A stretch of DNA of 64,000 nucleotides from an uncultured Spirochaetota bacterium (GCA_963820525.1 CAWGAA010000003.1:192001-256000); one strand, 5' to 3'; shown: positions 30,201 to 39,688, counted from the stretch's first letter. Made by a program: numbers and translations. Notes: generated by a model from the letters alone, not told the origin.

Positions 30201-31562
30201 CACAAGCCTCAGCCGTCCAAAGCTCACGGCCGGAGAGAATGCCTTCACGAAGCTTTCACCGGTCCAGGCGCCTGCATGCCACCCATCCGAAAGCTCAGGC
30301 ACGCCCCAATCCGCACGAATGCGCCCGTCAAACGCAGGCAGGCGTACCCGGCCGCTCACCCATGATGTTCCTACCCCATGTATGCTTACGAAGTTCTCAC
30401 CATCATTCAGGGCCGTTTCAAGCCCATCGGCACGGAAGTAGCTGATGCCTTCGTTTGAAGCCAGAAGGCGCACCGGCCGTGAGCTGCCGTTGATCGCAAG
30501 GCTCGGCGTCAGGCTTTCTTCCCCTCGGACGGCAAACTCATAGCAGGCCTTCCTTGGGTCGTCCTCGGCTTTAGAGAACACCGCAAAACGACCACCATCC
30601 ACCAGGTTTCCTTCGGCCAGGATCTCGGGATACTCGTCTCCGCCATAGGCCCCGATTCCCCAAAGAGAGATCTCCCCGATGCTTCCCCAATCGAAAATGC
30701 CTTTTGAGAGGGTGAACTTGATCTGGCTTATGAGCGCCTGTTTTTTCGGATTGTCCAGGCTTGCCCACTGCCCCGGCTGCGCTGCGAGGCGGCCCAGCTC
30801 CTGCCAGCTTCCATCGATGAGCCCCTGCACGATAACTGCGGCTCTGGCTTCCTCGTCGAAGTACACGTCGATCCTATGCAGGTGCTTTCCCGTTCCCAGG
30901 TCCGCCCATGCCACGGACCCCCAGTCGTTTCGAGGCCCCCAGCGCCCGTCGGTCTTGTCGTGGAAAAACCTGCAGGCATCATCGTCGTCCCACTCATCGT
31001 CATGGAAAGTCGGCCGGACTTTCCAAATGGTTTGGGTGTTGCCGTCGAAGAGGTTCGTCACGGGATAGAACGACGATCCATCCGGGGTGCCCTTGACCGC
31101 CATGGGCTGGATGCGGTTCCAGATCGTTCCCACGTCCCTGCCCTGGATCGACAGGCGGCTGAGCCGAACCTGGCTCAAGTCCGCCGCTTCTATGCTGAGC
31201 CTGATCTTCTCCGTTACCAGGTTTTCAAAGCTCAAATCCCAGACGTCTCCGCTCCGTCTTGCGAAAAAGTCCCGGTATGTTCCGTTTGTCTCAAACTGCC
31301 AGTGAACGGAGACCCCTTCACCGCCTTCGACCGAAAGGCCGGCTTTCCCGATCAGGTAGGGGCCCGCAAGGCCGATGTCGATCCAGCCCGAGCTTCCCCC
31401 TTGAAAGCGAACAGTGGTGTCGGAACCGTTAATAAGCTCCGCCCCAACGCTCCCTCCCTGAAGTGCGGAGGAGAAGACCAGCTTGGAGATCGCAACGCCC
31501 TGGCCGTAGCCCCAAGCGCCCGTGACAATCAGCACTGCAAGGACTGCAATAATCTTTTTCAT
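21294..31562 (-). CDS. Giant RHS/YD-repeat polymorphic toxin (~3420 aa) with Sec signal, discoidin-like, Ig/FN3-like domains and C-terminal toxin tip
   Basis: MKKIIAVLAVLIV signal; many YD..G repeats; RHS core YTGRELDPDTGLYYTNARWYDPQLGRF...NPMAYTDPTG. Confidence 0.93.
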   Translation of the reverse strand: MKKIIAVLAVLIVTGAWGYGQGVAISKLVFSSALQGGSVGAELINGSDTTVRFQGGSSGWIDIGLAGPYLIGKAGLSVEGGEGVSVHWQFETNGTYRDFFARRSGDVWDLSFENLVTEKIRLSIEAADLSQVRLSRLSIQGRDVGTIWNRIQPMAVKGTPDGSSFYPVTNLFDGNTQTIWKVRPTFHDDEWDDDDACRFFHDKTDGRWGPRNDWGSVAWADLGTGKHLHRIDVYFDEEARAAVIVQGLIDGSWQELGRLAAQPGQWASLDNPKKQALISQIKFTLSKGIFDWGSIGEISLWGIGAYGGDEYPEILAEGNLVDGGRFAVFSKAEDDPRKACYEFAVRGEESLTPSLAINGSSRPVRLLASNEGISYFRADGLETALNDGENFVSIHGVGTSWVSGRVRLPAFDGRIRADWGVPELSDGWHAGAWTGESFVKAFSPAVSFGRLRLVGNGQLLMPDGAGGWTEGEYISEDGGKLYSSWGDLSQVDVTAGEGGIGEIETWGDLNEAGAASVEVLWPKNGQSLSRGDCRSDYLIGEVDREGVEVRVNGHKAWIHGNIFTIPLRTLDLDRKGLTTISVQALKDKDILASRSIGVLVGEDPDDIVKFWFDSSRTITTESETYKLSGWVEDSNVRILAGSEEVPVVSDAFTYTVSLQFGINTITIYAFDVKTGAVIKKATVTIVRFGPGIILSLDGEGSVAYVSATRFTVTGTVISKNRVKVTVNGKAANVDGYRFAGQPIALSDGMNTLSVTADDRIKPVTKTLQVFLDRSKPGLSITQPVANTFYSHAVPVNGKVISADPDRIVVNGVSYDASSGSFSLTIPMTVEGAFVFKLQPVNKAGTTGSEVSIPLKIDNTPPARFIIAANITGWTSNNQPTISFSTTDSYSGISHYEVRLDSGSWTSQASPYKLPLLSDGVHQVQVKALDVAGNASIESIELKIDTTPPVAVSELAAIPGSGLVEVIWKTVNTDVVRYHVVRLPAWSDGEHIVSVLEFTDTGLSNGEVYSYQVWAEDRAANMGPITQTRDTISGLAVQVISSDPQQSTVVDYKGMEVVIPPAALPEEDKVVLIQKIDSPKLKDASSYPILGPIYSLSTLALAADGTLSENTHTEFSKEVVVVLDYDDSQVPIGFPEANLGVYYFDTTWNKWFLVERSAVDRDQNKIVFLTNHFTAFSVQPTMIQDLSPQQLKDAGHSPFKAESSTGAVTVSPQGGTAMVEVTEFVLQGKNGFTLPIKRMYDTATAMVDSPSVSLSASISLGAYDLGSLGSLAYLAGQLASNGTANLVGAIKSKVDGLLKHNGDYALSTGVGWRLSLPYVVTTNSTVMVRLPNGGYYGINQMESQNSFWSNPVSRTLDFQFHEGEDFHFRAVQVRDSIDVTGIAIAGLRKVLQNQEISLTNLIPGWNTIACELWTKDGTYYLFDGNGRVVQIKDKTGFSSFDLTYNGLLLSSITDDMGRKVNFQYDMPPNVAIFLKPVITNISTSGFEGQNRTVNYDYDWDASSDLWYLFNFLPTLVSSTDPAGRISSFTYDRRCLVAGGGSVKINFLALIFDLIPGCGFVNTLLGISTLTLSGHIEFNFPYTISKVVAPGIGTTEVNVAAMDLTQFKSELDDWFLGLIPTAIKFSYDIIYRLATDHVKVTSSTGVVQNTYYSYDWSSREYQFYVSRATTNNGRLKTVQDFMTIVHSRNRFISWDDYLTSVLQSYFSSEGLTVNEVSTLQSGSSTYDASSGSMFESVSNTWDTTHHRITASTTIRGSGARSSNAFQYDSWGNQTYVLEDSVANGRENKCEKWMWYLNSGSSAPSVWALPSLGADETLSNGEIHDLLKGTFVRGYRPAEAGGGFDERAQQYLYNSYGLKKSEGLWLGDHWARTDYEYFTDTGLLSSGMVKSKIGPNPDQKTVWEYDFTRSSKDFFIATQTVQNVADPTGNGVNVVSETVTDWRSGWKLYEKDSRGYVTEYGYDKLGRATDTIRAGEEAPLSPGSWNVTHTNSPWDHIVYNDTALTATVYKSSFSSGANNAPGKAAEVYRYDNLGQLIQIDKFNYLRVKNGALVTLAVVEDSKTLVTYSPWGDVASVTDPNGHTTIYGYDAKGRPSLISYPDGAHISTVYDDSQNLKTTTDERRVITQEWVTWKGNTQTKIVDPSGINAVTQTYYNGLEEVVAVVDPLGQKTVTWYSPFGKPREVRHPPVDVWQSPSSASSSLPTVSLTSVVPTEITLFDDAGQAIRQQTGHPGNYRSTDFTYDTAGRTIKKTVGTREEWSWYDAAGNLVKHADPLVVESIKSNNLDLDGIQGISLTSYSSRNQVTSETDPTGGVVRYRYDLKDRKTQMKDPRSNPDPSVSDSFTLNYTYNDFDRLVLADLPPVAGQPRGKVQISYDLRGNAVEQIDPAGKATVWTYDPRNRKTSQSITGSDGTGPIVTAWGYDAKGNPVREIVVSSLNTAKPELSSGLVTAKIYDSLNRLTDIYFPDGREEHLGLDLLGRATSTTDAMDYTTNTVFNSLNKPTSVTDPDNNVTSTVYDVWAEPVQSMLGNPQNGNQVWVRGYNQYGELVYEQNNLGQQWAFSYDSRGLVIQAMDPNQTTVTSSYDNAGRIISKSFSNGSRFVSESWSYDAAGSLKSATEGSVLTQINWTGTTYVPDPYDLINSYSTSIGSKNLSVSYTYDNAHNVTSITYPDNSTISYLYNGLGQLTDVPSYATGGLYNFMGRLTSLSATNRTQRTKSWDPIRGTLDGYDWHISEKTSRALAWDNRGNLINLVKEGHNSSYGYDKLNRLVLVNEDGEFEVNSKDIGGLDYGRRERDVAGRNSLSYTASATPVKLDYHASSVGINLQTSRNVNKVRLVGVSPRISPRTVELYTSNEGTSVSWSKVTDTTWMQDETGVTLQLKDSHQAQFVKVHMTWDERDGSNRAIDNSTIADSPSKLIQVWFTVNGHMTSWTYDALGNRLTEYDAKGSYTNNTEYSYYPGSSRIKQAGSWAFNYDANGNLTSRGNQGTWDSTTDRFTWDEAQGEVWQYSYDLKNRLIQVDHSLQGANGIKTAARYAYNIRDLRIQTTKGSTVSYYQYDLSGDLLWTEDGIQQRKYIEVLGQIWAEVRTSGTTTTIYWHHTDHEGTTNVVTDSSGKIVWDAEYEAFGEISRSNGSIDFKALYTGRELDPDTGLYYTNARWYDPQLGRFITEDPARDGNNWYAYVNNNPMAYTDPTGLLSFKDIYGEARKIGGTLKRGTEKAVKAVWDRFIDAKDAMANFVSRDSMPAPTFSNPAQFLDVISDVANKAENISSTAEDKWTCGTAFEQVGQKIQIDPRLRGMRSSAERYDEYNRMAQDPTMRNVIREVETESQAKVYQNKGYTVAEIWNTSATAVHGHSAWVVGSQTNGDTLIGGGGIDPNNKDPATAGIWKADATKWFVATEAFITGRSGRDADYFLIFTPPYKATK

Positions 31563-31566
31563 ATTC

Positions 31567-34500
31567 TCACCGATTTCCACTATTGCCCGGAAGGGCGTTC
31601 AACTCATCCATCGTGATCTGAGTGATCCCCTGCCTGTAGTAGTTCACGCCGTTGTTGAAGAAGACACTGCTAAGCACCCCATATGCACCAGCGCCATCCT
31701 CTTTAATCCCGTACTCGATGTTATCCGTAAACGTGGCGCCGATTAGGTTCATCGTCCCCCCCAAGAGGTGGATGCCGATGAGATCCTCACTCAGCACTGC
31801 CTGGCTGAGGCTCAAGCTCCCTGCGGGAAGGAGGATAAGGCCCCGCTCCGCGCACTGTAGCTCCAATCCGCTGCCGCTCGCAGTGCCTCCCACCGTAATC
31901 CCGCGCCACAATAGCCCGCTGTAGATCGCATCGAAGACCGAGCGCGTCCCGGAGTTCGCCACGGTAAGCAGCGCGCCCGAGTCAACGACAATCCCCCCAT
32001 CCATCACGTCGTCTTCTCCGAAGATGGCGTTGACCGTTCCATCTACCGAGTCCAGAGTTAGGCTCAAGCTGGATGGGACTTCGACAATTCCCGTTAAGGT
32101 CACGGGGCCTGTCCAGTACTCACTTGTGAAGAGCGTACCGGCCGTTGTGTTATGAACCTCTACAGGGATGCTTGCAACCTGGCTCTTACCCCAAAAATCG
32201 CTTACTGTGAGCTTCAGCGTATAGCTGGTCTGCTGATTCCTTCCAAATTGGAAGTACGCCGCTGTGTTCCCCGCATCCGGCCATGCAAAGACCACTTTCT
32301 GTTGATCCGAGAAGTCGATCGGGCTTCCTCCGCCCAGATTCCAGGAGTACGTAATGGGGTAATCTCGCTCTTCGTCTTCCACTCGAACAAGTTTCTCCAG
32401 GGTGAGCGGCGCCCCTGGCGTTGTCATAACGCTTGCTCCACCGCCCGCTATCGAAACCGCCGGCGCCGCGTTGAAGCGGAGCACATCTCCCATCGTCGTT
32501 TTATTGCCGTAGAGATCGGTCCCAATTACGCTAAAGTCCGCCGTACCGGGCCCCGAAACCGTCACGGTGCCATAGGAGTTGATTGATGTATCCGACGAGC
32601 CCGGCGGCCGTCCATTTTTCGTCACGGGCTGTGAGCCGTACAGGGCGCTGTTCACGGAGAGCTCGAATGCAGTGCCCTCCTTCCCCGAGGTGAACGTAAG
32701 CATCTCCGCCTGTTCGTTGGTAAGCGCATTCCCGTCTCTTTCTTTTAGAACTGTATTGGAATAGATCAATCCGAGCACCGGAGCCGTCCAATTGATATCC
32801 ACCTGGTACTCGCTTGCTATCGCGGGGCCCCAGTCCTCAGTGCCGTTCCGGAACCGAACGAAGGCGTAGTAGCTCCTCTGTTGGGATGCGCGCTCTATCC
32901 CCACACCCGCCGTACTCCAATCGACGGCCGGAAGATTGTCGGCTATGGAAACGGGGAGGGTTGCCATGCTCCAATCAGGATCAAGGTCCATTGATAGCAT
33001 AGTCTGGTAGGCTAGCAGGCCGCTTTGGCTGTCCTTGGCCGCTAGCGTCCACCCATCAATTACTCCCGTATTTCCCGAAGCGTTGCTATATCTGCTGGCA
33101 CGAGATATGGAGATGCCGCTTGCCGGAGTTTCGTCGACCAGAATCGTCTCACTGGGCGTTGTAACGCTCCAGATTCCCGTTCTGCTCTGCGCCTTCACCT
33201 CGAGGGCAAGCGTCTGTCCGTCCACCGGGATCATATGCGCATCCGATATCATCGCCGTATAAGGAGCTTTCCACTCGGTGTTCGCCATTCCCCTGTAGTC
33301 CGAGGTCCAGTCCTGGAGAATCTGCCCCGTGAAGGCATCAGTAAGCTTCCACTGGATCTGCTGCACACTTCCTGGACCCTTCACCGGAGTGTAATTAACC
33401 GCTTTCACATTGAAGTGGTCGCTAAAGTACTTGGTGTATTTGAAATCGGCCAGCACAGGTACAGTGGTGCAGATCGTCATGGAAACAGTTTTTGATCCGC
33501 CCAACCCCAAAGCCGTTACTGGCCATACGGTCGCGTGAATCTCATCTCCTTCTTTGTAGCCCAACTCCTTCCAACTGCCGCTCCAAAGCTTCTGCGTTTG
33601 CACGATCGGAGTCTTGTCCCCGATTATGAGCTGGTAGTTCTGAATGAAGTCCGAATCGCTATCGACTTGCCAACTGAAGCTCACCGAGTTTTCGCTTAAG
33701 TTCATCTGCAGAGCAGCGATCGCGGGGAAGCTACCTTCGGCCCTGAAGGCGGGACTGTAGAGCACGCTCTCGTTTCCCGCATTGTCCACCGCATGGCCCT
33801 TGAGCATCCAGATCGAGCCTACCTGAGCCGTCTGTGAGCCGGACCCCAGAGAAAGAGCCGGCGAATATTGTAGCTGTGCGGCCGATATGTTGGAGCCTTC
33901 AACCGGGTCTCCCACCGCGAGGAAACCTGTAGCATTATTCCAGGTCCCTGCCTGAACGTCAAAACCCTTGAGCCCGGATTCGTAGTCACCTGAATCTACC
34001 TGGCCGAGGACCGATGGCGGACTTCCAAGCGCTGTAAGCTGTACGTGGCCGGCGATCGCCGTTTTTACGCCGCCGCTCGACGTAACGGCGATCACCGTAT
34101 TGACCCACGGCGCTTTGCTGTCAAGAACGACCCCCCTGCTGTAGCCCACACTCTCAAGGCCCACCCCGTTCACCGCCTTGACCGCGAAGAAAAGCACTGT
34201 GCCGTCGGAATATGTCCCCGAATCGGACCCGTACCTCAACTGCGAGAAATCCAATCCGCTTACCGAGGTTCCTCCGCTCACCTGAGTCCAGGGGTTCGTT
34301 GTAAGCTCGCCTGTATTCGTGTATGCCTTCCAGTAATACTTGACGGTGCCGCTTTCAGGGTCCGGCGATGTGAAGTTCCAGTTGAAACTCAAAGTCTGGT
34401 ATCGGCTGCCCAGCGGATCGCCCTGCACACCGCTTGGCTTGTAGCGAACCGCCTCCGCCATCGGCATCACAAACGGAGCCGGCGGCGCGGTGCCGTCTAC

Positions 34501-37500
34501 AATCATGATCCCGCTTTCCTGCGTTGTGGTAAGCCCGGCCCCATTTTCAACGGATACTTCCACTACAATCCGGTCCGCGGTCGCAACACCCCCCGTCCCG
34601 CTCAAGTCGATATCAAGCCGCTGCCCTGCTGCCTCGATGGACGCGAGGTTATCCTGCCTCACAAGCGCCCACGCCCAGCTCCCATCGGGCTGAATAACCG
34701 AACGCTTCACCAACACGGTGCCTCCGGTGGCCCCGGATTGCGTATCCGACCCCGTGAATGTTAGCCACACGTCATTCGGTGCCACATAGACGGGAACGGC
34801 GGTGAGCGCCACCACAGGCGGTGTCGTGTCGACCACACTCCCCGCGCTTGTCACATCCGCAAGCACATTGCCGTCGGCGTCGAAGGCCTCCACCTCCACC
34901 GCAACGGATTCCCCGTCGCTGAGCGTGACGCTCGAGGCCTGCGTCGTAACATCCAGGTCCAGTATGGTTGATGTCGTTTGCTGTTGGACGCTCCAATCCC
35001 GAAGGGCCGCCCTGTCGCCTAGTCGAATCCAACGGTTGGCATAGCTTGCTGGACTTCCCCCTGCGTACCCCCAGCGTGCCACTATCTTGCCGGTTCCCGC
35101 GTTGAAGTTCTGATTGTTGACGAAAAGCCCGGTGCCGGACACCGTCATCACGATCGGCGATGCGCTCACTGAGATTCCCGAGCCGCTTGTCGCAGTGAAT
35201 ACAACACTAAACGTTCCCGCAGATGGGATGACGATATCGCTTCCCGGACGGTACCCCTGGCTTTCACCCGCTCCCGTGGCACCGAGGCTCTGATACGACC
35301 AGCTCCATTGCACTGTTCCGCACTGGTCCGTTGCCGCTGTATGTACCTGGATGCTCTGCCCTACGATAAACTCGCTTCCCACAATCGAGGCCGTGACCCC
35401 CTGCGGGCCGATTCCATCCTTGATAAACACCGGGCTTGAAAGCACCGGACCCACAACGTCGTTTGCGTTTCTCACCTGAAGCTGCACTCTGTAACACTGC
35501 CCATCACTGCTTATGCGGCTTCGAACCTCCTCGAACGTCTGGCCCCACTGGCTCCACTCATCGCCATTCTCCTGGGCAGTCCCGTTTTGTTCGACAAGCT
35601 GTACATTCCACCGCGCGTCTTTCACCGGGTTTGCGCCGCTTGTATCCGTTGGAACATAGCTCACCGAAAGATCCGATGCCTGCCGAATCCAATTGCGACC
35701 CGAGGCGTTTCTCATTCCGCCTACCGACAACGCCACGTCCGGCCCAGCCGCCGAATACCTGACGGCCCAAGCGCTGCTGCCGGAGGCCGGCCATTCCGAA
35801 CTGTTCCCGGCCTTATCCGTCAGCTTTATGTGCAATTTTCGAACGCCGTCTTGCGCCCCCGCGAATGTCAGAGAGTAGGTGTCTGTGGAATGGGGAACAT
35901 CGAAAAGCGCTGTTGGAACGGGCGAAACAACCGCCGCCGTCCATACCGACGTCGTTGGCGCCTGACCTTCGGTCCACTGGTATGCCGCTTCCGCAAGACC
36001 TGCCCCACCGTTCTCGTTCACCTCGATGACCGCCGTGATGGCTCCGTCCGCTCCGACATACGTGTTTCCTTCGGGGTCCGTCTCTGAAGTCACAAAATGG
36101 AAAGAGTTGGCCACCAGAACCGGCGGGGTTGTGTCCAATACCTTTGGTATCGCAGATGTGTTGAATTGATTTCCTGCATTGTCCTCCGCGATTACCTGAA
36201 TTGAATACTGCTCATCTGCAAGCGGAAGAGGGAAGTTGAAATTTCCCGCTGAATCGAAACTCACTGACTGGGGATCAACAAACGATTGGGTGCTGCCCCC
36301 CACAATTGGAGCCCAGCTTACCTTGACGCTCCTTAGCCCACTCCCTTCGGTATTATCACTGGCCGTCCCGGAGACCGTCTTTGAGTTCGTGGCAACGTTC
36401 GCGCTTGCCATCATCCCGGAAAAGGTTATCTGCGGTGGATCGACATCCCAATTGATGTTTCCGAAGGACAGCTGCTTGTAAGCATTAAGATTACTTGGGA
36501 CAGAAAAATCGGCAGGCTCTGTATCGATCCATTCGTCAAGCTTGATGAGAATCTTATTTGACTGGAGGACACCCTTGAGCTGGCTCAGTGAGTTGGTATT
36601 CGAGTCCAACTTACACATCTTCCATAAGTTATAGTCGCAAATAAGGTCATAAATTGGATCCGTTTCTTGACCGGATACGTTAATCGACGGTGTAATCGTC
36701 TGCTTTTCATAGGAGGTGGATGTGCTAAACTCACCATGGCCGTTATCAATCCCAAGCTCGAATCTGTAGTGGATGGTGTTGCCGTCCTCCGTTTGGATAA
36801 GAATATTGTGTTGGGTTAGCCTCGCTTTGGCTCCAAGCCACTGTGTTCCCAGGGCCAATTGCGGCAATGATGAGTATGGCACCTGGTATGATAGTGCCGC
36901 TGGTGCCTCGATCCGGATGTTTTGAGTGATGTTCACGTTTTCGGTATGGCCTGGGTCCGCCGTAATTTCGATGTATGGTTCATAATAGACTGTTTTCCCC
37001 GCTATCAAGTCGCTGCTATAATAGGGCGTCGCTCCTTGTACTTTTACACAGTCACTGTTTGGAGAGAGTTCAATCCCAGTTGCGTTGGTTACCTCAGTTG
37101 CCGGATTGGCGATGCAAGTGCCATCCGTTCCTATTCCCCACTTCAAGCCCCGTGTTCCGTTGCCTATTGTCTGATTCTGCCAGAATATTCCTGAAAGCGC
37201 TCCATCAAATGGCTGACGCGCCGGCGCCATGAAAGGCCCTGCAGAGCCCCACTGGGGTTTGAAGATCCGTACCGTCTTGGAAATCGAAGGCTTCCCAGTC
37301 TCGTCTTTAGCCTGAACGATCAGTTTACGGCTGTTTTCCGCGCCCCAGGCGAAAACGTAGCTTGCGCAACTGCTCACCAGATTAAGCTCTGTTGAAGTAT
37401 TTGCCGTCAAATCCGTGATCTCGATTTTGTAGCTCGGAAGTGTAGACAGTGTAGAATCGAGCTCCGAGTCTTGGTATCTAATGATTAAGGTGTCGGAGGC

Positions 37501-39618
37501 GAGTACTGAAGGAACTTTATCAGCCAGTAAACCCCAAAACCCGTCATCTTTGAGACTCCAAGCGTCGGAATCACCATACTTGCGTTCGAGCATCGAAAGA
37601 CTGACGGGGCTAGGTTGGGCCCGATGGAGAGAAAAGGTTATGGTTCCGGTGCTGAACATCCCCGAGGCATCCGTAAGTTTGTATTTGAGCGTATAGGGTC
37701 CGTCAGTAAAAGAATGTCCATTAGCGTCAGTGAAAGGAATCGCAGCAGTGTACTTCCCGCTGCTGTCGACTGCGAAATCTATTGCTGCGCTGCTATAGGA
37801 TACTGTCGCGTCATTGCGCTTGAGAGAGGTGACTTCTACTTTTTGGGGAGGCGCGTAGCAGCCAGCGCTGTAGGTTTTAGTAATGAGGTCCTGGTTAAAT
37901 GATAAAATTAAATGATCTGCGTTGATTGGTTTGGTGGGATCGAGTTCCATGTCTGCATTATTAGTAAATAAGTCAGTATATCTTTTATTCTGCGCGCCAA
38001 GTGAAATTGCTACATTATTTCCTGTGATCGTGTATATAGATGCTGACGTGTTGCCTGCATTATCGGTGGCTGTGATTATATATTCATAAGCTCCGGTAAT
38101 GGGTGTAAAGCTGGTGGCATCACCTGTGATGTCATTGCCGCTCTTTGTATATTTATAACTAATTGATTTGAAGCCACTAGTGGTATCTGTCGAAGAGAAC
38201 CCCACCGACCCATGAACATAATAGCTGCCGCGCGGTATCCATCCGCTTGGTGGAGTTATGATGGGCGAATATCGATCGATTTTTATATTCTCATTAGGTG
38301 ATTCAGGAAGTATTTTTTCATTGCCAACAGCATCTTCTGCCTTGAATCGAATACTGTATTTACCATCTAAAAGCACAGTATCAAGCCACGTAGAAGGACG
38401 TGTTCCTCCTCCAAGCGAGATCCAGTCTTTTTGATTCAGGTGTCCCTCCCGAGATACCTCAAGTCCAGCACCTAACGCGTCTGTAGCGGAGATTGCAAGA
38501 GGGTGATAAGCTTCAAATCCGAACCAAGCCGAATTATACCAGCCCGTTGTGCTGTCAGGTGGTGGTATTATAATATCAGGAGCGCTAGCCAGTATTTTTC
38601 GATATACTGTTATATTATTGTCCGCTTGATTACCAGCAGCGTCTTTCACTTTGAAGGTGAGGGTATATACTCCAGAATTGCCTGCTGAAAAAGACGCAGT
38701 TGCAGTTGTATTATTTGCCGGATTGCCATCATTTAGAGTTAGGTCTTTAAATGTGCGAGAAGCATTATCCTTATCGACATACGTTTCATCATATGTGAAA
38801 CAGGATACAATAAACCCACTTCCATCAGAGTTGTCCGTAGCTTGCAGCGTTATTTGATCCGATGATTTCCCAGGTGGAAGCCGACCATATTCGTCCGGTG
38901 CCGGCGAAGAGATAATTGAAAGAGATGGCGGTACTTTGTCGATAGTGGTTACTCTATAGTCTGTTGGATCACTGATATTTCCAACTTTATCTATTGCGCG
39001 AAACCAAACTGTGGTCTTATTCTCGGTTACAGTGCAACTATCGCCAGGGGACCAATTCGTATCACCTTGGATCTTATGTTCATACCCATACAAGCCCGAT
39101 CCAGTGTCTGTGCTTATTCCAGTGTTCTTTACTACCACCTTATCATTAGTCCAGGAGTCTGGGGATATTGTTATATCTTCAAGGAGCGGCGCTGTTGGTT
39201 TGGTTGTGTCGCTTATGAAAGTAAAAGATTCATGAATAATGACATATGTATTGAGCCCCATATGTGCTATTATTGAAATAACAAGGTTTACGTTACCAAA
39301 AACAGTAAAAGGCACATCTACAGTATTCGCGTCATCGTCCACATAAGTAGGGGGATGCAGTGTCCCATCGGGCCTGAAGACATAACAACTATACCATGGT
39401 GTATCCAAGCCAGGGTCTTCGTCTTTCTGAAAGCGAAATCCAAGCGATGAGCCCTTATAATAGTAAGTGTTTGCGTCGATTGCAGAAAGATTATCGCTGA
39501 GCGCAATGAGCCTTACGTAATAAAGATAACTTGAAGGGGAGCCATTATAGATCATTGTATCAGCAAAACTATATGACACTGAGAAAAGTACTACCAAGAT
39601 TACCAAAACTTTCTTCAT
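31567..39618 (-). CDS. Giant secreted Ig-like repeat protein (2683 aa) with a C-terminal beta-helix-like region
   Basis: Signal peptide; recurring A.D.AGN and D.T.P Ig-fold motifs; WRGI..G and N...GI repeats at the C-terminus. Confidence 0.8.
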   Translation of the reverse strand: MKKVLVILVVLFSVSYSFADTMIYNGSPSSYLYYVRLIALSDNLSAIDANTYYYKGSSLGFRFQKDEDPGLDTPWYSCYVFRPDGTLHPPTYVDDDANTVDVPFTVFGNVNLVISIIAHMGLNTYVIIHESFTFISDTTKPTAPLLEDITISPDSWTNDKVVVKNTGISTDTGSGLYGYEHKIQGDTNWSPGDSCTVTENKTTVWFRAIDKVGNISDPTDYRVTTIDKVPPSLSIISSPAPDEYGRLPPGKSSDQITLQATDNSDGSGFIVSCFTYDETYVDKDNASRTFKDLTLNDGNPANNTTATASFSAGNSGVYTLTFKVKDAAGNQADNNITVYRKILASAPDIIIPPPDSTTGWYNSAWFGFEAYHPLAISATDALGAGLEVSREGHLNQKDWISLGGGTRPSTWLDTVLLDGKYSIRFKAEDAVGNEKILPESPNENIKIDRYSPIITPPSGWIPRGSYYVHGSVGFSSTDTTSGFKSISYKYTKSGNDITGDATSFTPITGAYEYIITATDNAGNTSASIYTITGNNVAISLGAQNKRYTDLFTNNADMELDPTKPINADHLILSFNQDLITKTYSAGCYAPPQKVEVTSLKRNDATVSYSSAAIDFAVDSSGKYTAAIPFTDANGHSFTDGPYTLKYKLTDASGMFSTGTITFSLHRAQPSPVSLSMLERKYGDSDAWSLKDDGFWGLLADKVPSVLASDTLIIRYQDSELDSTLSTLPSYKIEITDLTANTSTELNLVSSCASYVFAWGAENSRKLIVQAKDETGKPSISKTVRIFKPQWGSAGPFMAPARQPFDGALSGIFWQNQTIGNGTRGLKWGIGTDGTCIANPATEVTNATGIELSPNSDCVKVQGATPYYSSDLIAGKTVYYEPYIEITADPGHTENVNITQNIRIEAPAALSYQVPYSSLPQLALGTQWLGAKARLTQHNILIQTEDGNTIHYRFELGIDNGHGEFSTSTSYEKQTITPSINVSGQETDPIYDLICDYNLWKMCKLDSNTNSLSQLKGVLQSNKILIKLDEWIDTEPADFSVPSNLNAYKQLSFGNINWDVDPPQITFSGMMASANVATNSKTVSGTASDNTEGSGLRSVKVSWAPIVGGSTQSFVDPQSVSFDSAGNFNFPLPLADEQYSIQVIAEDNAGNQFNTSAIPKVLDTTPPVLVANSFHFVTSETDPEGNTYVGADGAITAVIEVNENGGAGLAEAAYQWTEGQAPTTSVWTAAVVSPVPTALFDVPHSTDTYSLTFAGAQDGVRKLHIKLTDKAGNSSEWPASGSSAWAVRYSAAGPDVALSVGGMRNASGRNWIRQASDLSVSYVPTDTSGANPVKDARWNVQLVEQNGTAQENGDEWSQWGQTFEEVRSRISSDGQCYRVQLQVRNANDVVGPVLSSPVFIKDGIGPQGVTASIVGSEFIVGQSIQVHTAATDQCGTVQWSWSYQSLGATGAGESQGYRPGSDIVIPSAGTFSVVFTATSGSGISVSASPIVMTVSGTGLFVNNQNFNAGTGKIVARWGYAGGSPASYANRWIRLGDRAALRDWSVQQQTTSTILDLDVTTQASSVTLSDGESVAVEVEAFDADGNVLADVTSAGSVVDTTPPVVALTAVPVYVAPNDVWLTFTGSDTQSGATGGTVLVKRSVIQPDGSWAWALVRQDNLASIEAAGQRLDIDLSGTGGVATADRIVVEVSVENGAGLTTTQESGIMIVDGTAPPAPFVMPMAEAVRYKPSGVQGDPLGSRYQTLSFNWNFTSPDPESGTVKYYWKAYTNTGELTTNPWTQVSGGTSVSGLDFSQLRYGSDSGTYSDGTVLFFAVKAVNGVGLESVGYSRGVVLDSKAPWVNTVIAVTSSGGVKTAIAGHVQLTALGSPPSVLGQVDSGDYESGLKGFDVQAGTWNNATGFLAVGDPVEGSNISAAQLQYSPALSLGSGSQTAQVGSIWMLKGHAVDNAGNESVLYSPAFRAEGSFPAIAALQMNLSENSVSFSWQVDSDSDFIQNYQLIIGDKTPIVQTQKLWSGSWKELGYKEGDEIHATVWPVTALGLGGSKTVSMTICTTVPVLADFKYTKYFSDHFNVKAVNYTPVKGPGSVQQIQWKLTDAFTGQILQDWTSDYRGMANTEWKAPYTAMISDAHMIPVDGQTLALEVKAQSRTGIWSVTTPSETILVDETPASGISISRASRYSNASGNTGVIDGWTLAAKDSQSGLLAYQTMLSMDLDPDWSMATLPVSIADNLPAVDWSTAGVGIERASQQRSYYAFVRFRNGTEDWGPAIASEYQVDINWTAPVLGLIYSNTVLKERDGNALTNEQAEMLTFTSGKEGTAFELSVNSALYGSQPVTKNGRPPGSSDTSINSYGTVTVSGPGTADFSVIGTDLYGNKTTMGDVLRFNAAPAVSIAGGGASVMTTPGAPLTLEKLVRVEDEERDYPITYSWNLGGGSPIDFSDQQKVVFAWPDAGNTAAYFQFGRNQQTSYTLKLTVSDFWGKSQVASIPVEVHNTTAGTLFTSEYWTGPVTLTGIVEVPSSLSLTLDSVDGTVNAIFGEDDVMDGGIVVDSGALLTVANSGTRSVFDAIYSGLLWRGITVGGTASGSGLELQCAERGLILLPAGSLSLSQAVLSEDLIGIHLLGGTMNLIGATFTDNIEYGIKEDGAGAYGVLSSVFFNNGVNYYRQGITQITMDELNALPGNSGNR

Positions 39619-39688
39619 AACAAGTCAGCTCCCTTCTAAGCTTTTAATTGCGGTCCAACTATCCCAGACCGGATTCCCTCATTCTTCT